From: Candidatus Scalinduaceae bacterium
GTDB taxonomy: Bacteria > Planctomycetota > Brocadiia > Brocadiales > Scalinduaceae
Assembly (NCBI GenBank): GCA_046759445.1
Contig: JBHICG010000084.1
Location: 1 to 12,944, forward strand
Length of the DNA stretch: 12,944 nt
Reading direction: 5' to 3'
Of the stretch, positions 1 to 6,630 are shown one piece after another (position 1 is the first letter of the stretch; every line of letters starts with the position of its first letter). The notes beneath the pieces were generated by a model that worked only from the letters and a program-made list of their open reading frames with translations, was not told the origin of the DNA and searched no databases. A program made the translations under genes and the position numbers.

Positions 1-396
1 CTTGGTAATGATATCAGTGAGCTGCCGGTAGCAGGTGTTTGTCTTGACTGGATGCATGAGAAGGCGTTGGCAATAGGACAGTACTTTGTTGCCAGTGGCG
101 TCTTTACGATATTTGGGACGAAGTCTCCGGCTGCCGGAGCGCCGGAAGTAGATAAATTCTTGAGTGAGGGGCTGGAAGATATTGTGGGTGGAAAATGGGC
201 GTTTGAACCGGACGTTGATAAGGTAGTGAAACTCGTAATAGATCACATAGAGAAGAAGCGTGATGCGTTGGGCATAAATGTCAAGAAGGAGAGAAAGTTA
301 TATGATATGGCAGACAGGCGTGCGCTTGAGGCCGAAAACTTAACAACAGCACAGGCCGGATGCGAGCCCGGTATTGCTCATAATAAAATGCATTAA
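1..396 (+). CDS. cooS: Ni-dependent carbon monoxide dehydrogenase catalytic subunit (CooS/AcsA), 3' part only; gene begins upstream of the window
   Basis: Frame 1 is open from base 1: LGNDISELPVAGVCLDWMHEKALAIGQYFVASGVFTIFG...HIEKKRDALG...ERKLYDMADRRAL. This matches the CODH C-terminal signature (DISxLPxxG..xWMxEKAxxIG) with the catalytic Lys retained. The ATG at 52 is internal. Stop TAA at 394-396. Confidence 0.9.
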   Translation, partial: LGNDISELPVAGVCLDWMHEKALAIGQYFVASGVFTIFGTKSPAAGAPEVDKFLSEGLEDIVGGKWAFEPDVDKVVKLVIDHIEKKRDALGINVKKERKLYDMADRRALEAENLTTAQAGCEPGIAHNKMH

Positions 397-415
397 AGTA
401 TTTAACTTGATTGTT

Positions 416-578
416 AAAAGTGAACAATATTTTAATAGCTGTGCAGAAAAGTAAAGAGAGGGATATTCATAAATGTGTGTTTTGAAGTGAGTTTACAAAA
501 AAGGTTCCTAACATTTACACACAATTGAGATATATACTTAACTTAGATATCTGCTAAATGTTAATTTGTTTCACTTTT
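416..578. repeat. Long imperfect inverted repeat (rod-like hairpin, about 163 nt)
   Basis: Paired segments share one axis (coordinate sums 993-997): AAAAGTGAA 416-424/570-578; CAA 425-427/566-568; TTAATA 432-437/559-564 (one G-U); GCAGA 443-447/550-554; AAGTAAAG 449-456/537-544 (one mismatch); ATATTCA 463-469/526-533 (one bulge); TGTGTGT 474-480/517-523. Confidence 0.6.
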
Positions 579-598
579 GCAAAACAAAATGATATAAT
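570..598 (+). promoter_or_regulatory. Putative sigma70 promoter for the 667-7681 cluster
   Basis: -35 TTCACT (570-575), 17-bp spacer, perfect extended -10 TGnTATAAT (TG 590-591, TATAAT 593-598). SD AAGGAGG at 655-661 precedes the TTG at 667. Confidence 0.6.
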
Positions 599-666
599 TT
601 CGCAAGGCTAATGATGAAGTTATGAAAAGATAACATAAATAACTAAAACATTAAAAGGAGGTATAA

Positions 667-1536
667 TTGGATTGGGGTACACATGTTGTTTTGGCTGCAA
701 AGTTGTTAGAAAGTTGTGAACTGGATAAAGGTGCTGCAATATATTCTGTTATCCCCGTTATAGATAAAGAACCCCCGCATTTTCACAGGGTTTATGCGCA
801 TATCCTGGAAAATCAGCCTGATTTTCTCGAAGTGGCATTGGAGGTTTTCAATGGTAATGGATTAAGTAGCAAGAACTTTGCAGCTTTACATAAAAAAAAG
901 GAAGAGAAAATAAATCAATTTAACCAGGAATTAAAAAGTCTTTCTCCAGATGATTACAAAGGAAGAGCAAAATTAGAGAAAAAGATATATGCTCACAAAA
1001 GGATTGTTGAGGAAGTGCCTGGATTTCTGAGTCATGCTGAAGACGCCGTAAGCATCGTTGGCGATGAAAAGGTAAAAAATATTAGCCAGGATAAACTTAG
1101 CGCTGCAGTTAGCCTCTTGAGTCACACCTATTTTGATGTGTGGAACAATCCTGTACAGGTATTCCTTCCAAATTGTTCAAACTGTTCTGCTCATTGGGAT
1201 TTCTGGAATAACGTGGATTACATGAAATTTAGAGGAGATTTCTATAAACCTGAAAACATCATACCTTTCAGGAAGGAGATAGCAAATAGCAATGTATGGA
1301 AAACAAAGTTGAAACCTGAGGCAATGATAAAAGCTATGATAATACGTTTAGGAGAATTAGGACAACCGGTAATTCCTTACGAGATCATTGATATGGGTGT
1401 TAGAGACTTTATGAGATATTTAGATATAAATGACTATCAAAAGGCTGATAAGGAATTGGAATTTTGCCACATGTTAGAAAGTGAAATACACGAGATTATT
1501 TATAAAAATTATCGTAGAATCGAGAGATCAAATTAA
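667..1536 (+). CDS. Hypothetical protein with YdjM/Zn-dependent hydrolase-like metal-binding motifs, apparently soluble
   Basis: 289 aa, TTG start with strong SD. Motifs MDWGTH, PVID-x6-HRVYAH and LSHTYFD parallel the MDxxTH / PDxD...HRxxxH / SHxxxD pattern of YdjM-type metal-dependent hydrolases. Also has CSNC. No obvious TM helices. Confidence 0.6.
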   Translation: MDWGTHVVLAAKLLESCELDKGAAIYSVIPVIDKEPPHFHRVYAHILENQPDFLEVALEVFNGNGLSSKNFAALHKKKEEKINQFNQELKSLSPDDYKGRAKLEKKIYAHKRIVEEVPGFLSHAEDAVSIVGDEKVKNISQDKLSAAVSLLSHTYFDVWNNPVQVFLPNCSNCSAHWDFWNNVDYMKFRGDFYKPENIIPFRKEIANSNVWKTKLKPEAMIKAMIIRLGELGQPVIPYEIIDMGVRDFMRYLDINDYQKADKELEFCHMLESEIHEIIYKNYRRIERSN

Positions 1537-1597
1537 CTTTGATTAAGAAAGGAAAACTTAATTCAAAGCAATTTTTTAGAAGAAAATGAGGTTTAAA

Positions 1598-2122
1598 ATG
1601 AAAACAACTTTAAAAATGTTTAGAATTGTATCATTAAATACATTATTTATGTTCCTTTTCATGATAAGTATCAACAAAAACATAGTATTTGCCGAGATTA
1701 ATACGGGCGTAGATGTAGGACAAAAAGCATCTACGTTCAAGCTATTAACTATTGAAGGTAAGGAATTGGATTTGGAATCATTTGGAAAAGATAAGAGTAT
1801 ATTATTGGTTTTTGGTGCTACATGGTGTCCTCATTGCAAACATGAAGTTCCTCTTCTTAAGGAATATTACAAAGAATTCAAGGATAAGGGTCTTGAAGTG
1901 CTCAATATTGACATTCAAGAGAGTGAAAAAAAAGTCAAGGCATTTGTTGAAAAGAACAAGATAAATTATCCTGTAGTCCTTGATTCCAACGCTGATGTTG
2001 CTAGATTATACAAGGTAGTTGGTATACCCTTAAATATTATCCTGGATAAAAATGGAATAATAAAATATAAGGACAACATACCGCCAAGCAAGGAAATTAT
2101 AGAAAAACTATTAGCCAATTGA
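1598..2122 (+). CDS. TlpA/ResA-like thioredoxin-fold thiol:disulfide oxidoreductase, exported
   Basis: FGATWCPHCKHEVP active site and a cis-Pro motif (VVGIP). Basic then hydrophobic N-terminus ending VFA suggests a signal peptide or anchor. Start 1598 preferred (GAGG at 1588-1591); 1586 is the alternative. Confidence 0.88.
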   Translation: MKTTLKMFRIVSLNTLFMFLFMISINKNIVFAEINTGVDVGQKASTFKLLTIEGKELDLESFGKDKSILLVFGATWCPHCKHEVPLLKEYYKEFKDKGLEVLNIDIQESEKKVKAFVEKNKINYPVVLDSNADVARLYKVVGIPLNIILDKNGIIKYKDNIPPSKEIIEKLLAN

Positions 2123-2149
2123 ACGTCGTAATAAAGGAGAAAAGAAGAT

Positions 2150-2608
2150 ATGGCCATTAGTACATTAAAGGAAATTTTAGATATGGCTATTCAAAAGGAA
2201 GAAGATGCTTATACATTTTACTGCCAGTCAGAAGATATCGTAAAGGACCCTTCTGCAAAAGAATTACTTAAGGAATTTGCGAATATTGAATTAAAGCATA
2301 AAAACAGGCTAAAAGATTTTGACTTAAATAAGATTGAAGAACAACATCATAACCTTAAACAACCACATGACCTTCACATATCTCAATACCTATTAGACAA
2401 AGAAATCACTAAAGATTCAACCATTCAAGAAATAATGATACATGCAATGAAGAGAGAACAAAAGGCATATGATTTTTATAACGACATGGCAAAGATCGTG
2501 ACTAGTATTGATGTAAAAAATCTTTTTGAAGAATTAGCAGTAGAAGAATTAGACCATAAATCAAAAATCGAAACGGAATATGATGACGTAATTTACAAAG
2601 AGTTTTAA
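2150..2608 (+). CDS. Rubrerythrin-family ferritin-like diiron protein (erythrin, no rubredoxin domain), copy 1
   Basis: Two internal repeats of E-x6-Y...ExxH (KEEDAYTFY...ELKH; REQKAYDFY...ELDH). SD AAGGAG upstream. No Cys4 domain. Confidence 0.88.
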   Translation: MAISTLKEILDMAIQKEEDAYTFYCQSEDIVKDPSAKELLKEFANIELKHKNRLKDFDLNKIEEQHHNLKQPHDLHISQYLLDKEITKDSTIQEIMIHAMKREQKAYDFYNDMAKIVTSIDVKNLFEELAVEELDHKSKIETEYDDVIYKEF

Positions 2609-2612
2609 AAAA

Positions 2613-3986
2613 ATGGATAAAAAAGTAATTATTGGTAATGGCGTTGCGGGTACTAAGGCGGCGGAGTCAATCAGAAAATACGACAATGATTGTGAAATAA
2701 TAATTGTAGGAGAAGAAAATTATCCATTTTATTACAGGCCACAACTCCCAAGATTTATATCCGGATCTATTGATGAAGATAAATTGTGGAGTGGGAAAAA
2801 GGATTTTTATGAGAAAAATAATATTAATTTATTCCTTGGGAAAAAAGTATCTAAGATTGCTCCGGGCAAGAATGAGGCTGTATTAAGTGATGAAACTGTT
2901 ATTAAGTACAATTCGCTATTAATCGCAACAGGTGGTTTAATTAAAAGAAAGAATTACCCAGGCAGCGATTTAAATGGAGGAATTGTAGAATTAAGAACAA
3001 TAGACGATGCTAAAAATATAAAGGAAAAGATTAGGTCCTCAAAGTATGCTGTAGTTATTGGTGAAGACTTTCTAACTATGTCATTAGCAGAGGCCTTAAA
3101 CGACAGCGGTCTAGAAGTAATATATTTAATACCGGGAGAGAGGCTTTGGCCAGAAGCGATGGACAAAGATGCCTCTAATGTTCTTGAAATTAAACTGAGG
3201 GAAAAAGGCATAAAAACACAACATAATACCGACATAAAAGAAGTTGTTATTAAGAATAAAACCGTTCATGGCATCATTACAACAGACGATAGATTTATTG
3301 AATGTCAGATCCTCGGGATTATTGATAAACTAAGGCCTAACATAGGCTTTCTGAATGGAAGTGGTGTGAATACTGACAACGGTGTTTTAGTAGATACAAA
3401 AATGCGTACAAATATAGACAATATTTATGCCGCAGGAGACGTTGCTCAATTACAGGCTGTTCCACATGATGGAATTCCTGAAATTAACATTAGATGGCTA
3501 AAAGCATGGAAACAAGGACAAGTTGCCGGCTCTAATATAACAGGTAGTGAAAAAGAATATGATGATGTTTCGTGTATTAGTTCAACTCAAATATGCGGAG
3601 TTGATATAATATCAATTGGAATTTCAAATCCTTTAGATAATGGTTATAAGATAATAAGAGGTGATTACCCTCATCCTGAAATTGATATTTACAAAAAACT
3701 AGTCTTAAAAAATGACACATTAGTTGGCGCATTATTTGTTGGAAACGTATTAGAAGCTGGAGAGGTTATAAAAGCTATCAAAAACAAAACGAGATATTCT
3801 GAGATTGATGAGATTCTTTTAAAACAAATGTTTGACCTCAATTATCCTGTAAGCCCCTTTCGCGGATTTTTATGCCCAGTATGCAAGCTAGAACTTCATA
3901 TAGCACCTGATACAAAGGCAGGTGATAAAATTACATGCCCCGCCTGTGGTATTGAAGTTAGAATATCTGAACGAATGTTAAAATAA
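2613..3986 (+). CDS. FAD-dependent pyridine nucleotide-disulfide oxidoreductase family protein (NADH:rubredoxin oxidoreductase/NirB N-terminal-like) with C-terminal Cys4 ribbon
   Basis: FAD motifs VIIGNGVAG, YYRPQL, LLIATG and TNIDNIYAAGDVA; C-terminal YKKLVLKNDTLVGALFVG; tail CPVC-x17-CPAC. The second dinucleotide motif is degenerate (VVIGEDFLT). Confidence 0.88.
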   Translation: MDKKVIIGNGVAGTKAAESIRKYDNDCEIIIVGEENYPFYYRPQLPRFISGSIDEDKLWSGKKDFYEKNNINLFLGKKVSKIAPGKNEAVLSDETVIKYNSLLIATGGLIKRKNYPGSDLNGGIVELRTIDDAKNIKEKIRSSKYAVVIGEDFLTMSLAEALNDSGLEVIYLIPGERLWPEAMDKDASNVLEIKLREKGIKTQHNTDIKEVVIKNKTVHGIITTDDRFIECQILGIIDKLRPNIGFLNGSGVNTDNGVLVDTKMRTNIDNIYAAGDVAQLQAVPHDGIPEINIRWLKAWKQGQVAGSNITGSEKEYDDVSCISSTQICGVDIISIGISNPLDNGYKIIRGDYPHPEIDIYKKLVLKNDTLVGALFVGNVLEAGEVIKAIKNKTRYSEIDEILLKQMFDLNYPVSPFRGFLCPVCKLELHIAPDTKAGDKITCPACGIEVRISERMLK

Positions 3987-4154
3987 TAGAATTACCAGTT
4001 ATATAGGACGCTTTTAAGCATCTTGATTTCTCGTAAAAAACTTAGGGACTCACAATTTGCTTATTTCTTCAATACTAGATTCTGCTTCAGGTTTTGAGAC
4101 ATTTCATGATCAGCCGGTAACATTCTAAATATGTTAAAGGAACATTGAAACATC

Positions 4155-4388
4155 ATGACGAGTTGGAAATGCAATAACTGTGGTTACCAATTTGAAGCAA
4201 AGGAACCATACGAAAGATGTCCTTCATGTAGTAAAGAATGTGAATTCATAGATGTCACAAATTATGTCCCTAAAATGGATAGAAAAGGAAGAGAATGCAA
4301 ATGTGAGATATGTGGCACAGAGGTTAAAGTTATACAAGACGGTGGTGGTTTTCTTAAATGTTGTAATCAACTTATGATATTAAAGTAA
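4155..4388 (+). CDS. Small two-domain Fe(Cys)4 protein: rubredoxin-like domain fused to a desulforedoxin domain
   Basis: 77 aa with 10 Cys. WKCNNCGY-x10-CPSC resembles the rubrerythrin-type rubredoxin domain; CEICG-x14-CC-x3-M is the desulforedoxin motif. AAGGA upstream. Confidence 0.8.
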   Translation: MTSWKCNNCGYQFEAKEPYERCPSCSKECEFIDVTNYVPKMDRKGRECKCEICGTEVKVIQDGGGFLKCCNQLMILK

Positions 4389-4389
4389 A

Positions 4390-4480
4390 CCCCGTTAGAA
4401 AACTCGGGTGGACATTAGCACCCTCCCCCGCTACCAATTTTTTACCTCGCCCACAGGGCTAGGCTTTCTTTCTAACGGGG
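4390..4480. mobile_element. 91-bp MITE/REP-like palindromic element
   Basis: Perfect 12-bp terminal inverted repeats CCCCGTTAGAAA (4390-4401) and TTTCTAACGGGG (4469-4480). 50/91 GC (55%) within AT-rich flanks. Internal hairpins GGGTG/CACCC (4406-4423) and GCCC/GGGC (4449-4459). No coding capacity. Confidence 0.6.
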
Positions 4481-4506
4481 CAAATTAAAATTATAATAAA
4501 TAAACC

Positions 4507-4965
4507 ATGCAAAATGAATCGATTGAATCAATTTTAAAAAAAGCTGCTAGTAAGGAAAATGGCTCATACCTACTCTACAAAAATGCGGCAGATTATGCAA
4601 AAGATCTACAAACAAAGGCAACCCTAAAAAGGTTTGCCGAGGAAGAATTAAAACATAAAAAAGCTATCGAGGATTTCAACATAGAAAGTGTAAAAAAAAA
4701 AGAAATAAAAATAAGCAGGACACCCAGACAGGGAATATCAGAGTATCTTACAAGTAAAGATGAAAGCCTTAGCAAAGACTCAGACTTTAAGGACATTCTA
4801 GTTTTTGCTGCCAAAAGAGAAAAAAGAGCTTTTGAATTTTACTTTAATATGTCCGAGATTGTATCCGACCTTGACTTGAAAAAGTTGTTTGTCTGGTTGG
4901 CGCAAGAAGAATCAAAACACAAAGAAGATATCGAGGCTTTATTTTGGGAGGTAATGTATCGGTAA
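4507..4965 (+). CDS. Rubrerythrin-family ferritin-like diiron protein (erythrin), copy 2
   Basis: KENGSYLLY...EELKH and REKRAFEFY...EESKH. 152 aa, colinear paralog of 2150-2608. Confidence 0.88.
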   Translation: MQNESIESILKKAASKENGSYLLYKNAADYAKDLQTKATLKRFAEEELKHKKAIEDFNIESVKKKEIKISRTPRQGISEYLTSKDESLSKDSDFKDILVFAAKREKRAFEFYFNMSEIVSDLDLKKLFVWLAQEESKHKEDIEALFWEVMYR

Positions 4966-4971
4966 CTTATT

Positions 4972-5802
4972 ATGATAGACTATCACATGCATACAAAATT
5001 GTGTGGCCATGCATCAGGGGAAATGGAAGATTATGTTAAAGAGGCAATAAGAAATGGGCTTGACGAAATAGGATTCAGCGATCATTTGCCTATGAATGAT
5101 GGCAAAGAAAATAACCTCACAATGACACTCGAAGAACTGCCCGTTTATATAAGTAAGGTTATGCACCTGCGTAAATCATTTCCAGAAATTCAAATAAAAT
5201 TAGGAATAGAAGCTGACTATATTCCCGGCAATGAATCTTATATTAAAGAAATCCTAACAAGATACCCCTTTGATTACGTCATAGGTTCCGTACACTACAT
5301 TGGGAAATGGGCATTCGACCACCCAAAAGAACTTAAAGGATGGGATAAAAAGAATGTAGACTTAGTTTACAAGGAATATTATGAATTATTGCGTGAATCT
5401 GCACGTACCTCACTTTTTGACATAATCGGGCATTGTGACCTGGTAAAGAAGTTTGGACACCGTCCAAAAAACGGGCTCTTAAAAGAATTAAATGAAACAG
5501 CACAGGTATTCAAAGAGTATAAAGTCGCTTTAGAAATAAACACATCAGGTCTAAGGAAACCTGTGAATGAAATATATCCATCTCTTGAAATTCTTAAGTT
5601 ATACAGAGAACACGGCATACATATAGTATTTGGTTCAGACGCTCACGCTCCAGATGACGTAGGTAGAGATTTTGATAAAGCCATTTTACTAGCAAGACAA
5701 GCAGGTTATAAGGAATTTGTTACATTTGATAATAGAAAGAGTTCTGCACATAAACTTAATTACAGCAGAAGACATGAAGAATTAAATGCTTCGATTACGT
5801 GA
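4972..5802 (+). CDS. hisJ: PHP-family histidinol-phosphatase (HisJ/HisK family)
   Basis: DYHMHTKLCGHA, GFSDH, GIEADY, DYVIGSVH, GHCDLVKK, EINTSG and FGSDAH form the full PHP_HisPPase motif set. Confidence 0.85.
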   Translation: MIDYHMHTKLCGHASGEMEDYVKEAIRNGLDEIGFSDHLPMNDGKENNLTMTLEELPVYISKVMHLRKSFPEIQIKLGIEADYIPGNESYIKEILTRYPFDYVIGSVHYIGKWAFDHPKELKGWDKKNVDLVYKEYYELLRESARTSLFDIIGHCDLVKKFGHRPKNGLLKELNETAQVFKEYKVALEINTSGLRKPVNEIYPSLEILKLYREHGIHIVFGSDAHAPDDVGRDFDKAILLARQAGYKEFVTFDNRKSSAHKLNYSRRHEELNASIT

Positions 5803-6523
5803 ATTCAGGCTTAATACTTTACCTATATGCGGCAAAATGCTATGCACTCTTTTCCTAATTTGTATGGGTATAGGTTATGTATTTTCGCAATTTAACTTAT
5901 TTCTTTCTTATCATAAGGCTGATGGAAGAACAGGGTTATCGTTAAAAGATATAATTTTAACATTTTATGGACAACCTGATGTGTTACTTATTGAAGCAAA
6001 ACTTAAAGGTACCATGAAAAAACATATTGATGACGAGAATAATAGAAGCAACCTGATTAATTGGGCAAAAAGAGGAGCTATAAAAAAGGAATTCGATAAT
6101 ATTAAAGGAATCATTATAAAAAATTGTTTGAAATGTCATACTGCTGGTGGAGAAGCAGCATTTGCGCCATTTGATAGATTGTCAATAGTTACTGAAATAT
6201 TTACAAAGATTAACCATGGAATACCAATATCCAGACTTATAACATTAAGCCATATCCACATGACCAGTATAGGCATAATATTCGCTTTAACAGGAACTAT
6301 TTTTTTATTTACACCAATCAATGAGAAGCTCAAAATGGTTTTAATAGTCTTGCCTTTTGGTTCCTTAATATTGGATATCTTTTCCTGGTGGCTAACAAAA
6401 TTAACGCCAATCTTTGCAATAACGGTTCTTCTTGGGGGAATTATGGCCTTAATGGCTTTTTTAATGCAATTTGTAATCTCCTTAAAAACAATGTGGTCAC
6501 CTGCCCGAGAACTTTTTAAGTGA
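5786..6523 (+). CDS. Membrane-bound monoheme c-type cytochrome of unknown function (about 4 TM helices)
   Basis: N-terminal TM helix, soluble domain with CLKCH, then three hydrophobic helices, the first starting SHIH. Overlaps hisJ by 17 nt. Confidence 0.7.
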   Translation: MLRLREFRLNTLPICGKMLCTLFLICMGIGYVFSQFNLFLSYHKADGRTGLSLKDIILTFYGQPDVLLIEAKLKGTMKKHIDDENNRSNLINWAKRGAIKKEFDNIKGIIIKNCLKCHTAGGEAAFAPFDRLSIVTEIFTKINHGIPISRLITLSHIHMTSIGIIFALTGTIFLFTPINEKLKMVLIVLPFGSLILDIFSWWLTKLTPIFAITVLLGGIMALMAFLMQFVISLKTMWSPARELFK

Positions 6524-6531
6524 ATTGGCTT

Positions 6532-6594
6532 TCGTTATTTGGTTCGGAGTTAAGGGGTGTTTTTGAGAAGATAAATTCCGCAACCATTCAACGA
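6532..6594 (+). other. Intergenic stem-loop upstream of iscU
   Basis: TCGTT 6532-6536/AACGA 6590-6594; TGGTT 6540-6544/AACCA 6582-6586; CGGAGTT 6545-6551/AATTCCG 6574-6580 (one G-U). Confidence 0.45.
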
Positions 6595-6630
6595 TTAACT
6601 GTTTTCTATTAATTAGAGGGAGTTATATTT

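Noticed and set aside
1174..1197. CSNCSAH in the 667 ORF as a heme c site
   Set aside because: Not CxxCH spacing, and the protein has no export signal.
4118..4136. TAACAT-N7-ATGTTA dyad upstream of the Rd-Dx gene
   Set aside because: Only 6-bp AT-rich arms, not repeated elsewhere in the window, and no match to a regulator motif I can name.
4390..4480. Integron attC site
   Set aside because: Core order is GTT...AAC, the reverse of RYYYAAC...GTTRRRY; single copy in the window; no integrase or cassette array.
4155..4965. Ancestral Rd-Dx-erythrin fusion split by the 91-bp element
   Set aside because: The TAA at 4386-4388 lies outside the TIRs, and the frame leading into ATG 4507 contains another TAA (4486-4488), so removing the element does not restore a fusion.
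6521..6594. TGA followed by a hairpin as possible selenocysteine/SECIS readthrough
   Set aside because: Readthrough adds only IGFRYLVRS before TAA, and the TGA is not in a Cys-like motif context. The TlpA TGA (2120-2122) likewise falls at the natural end of the fold.
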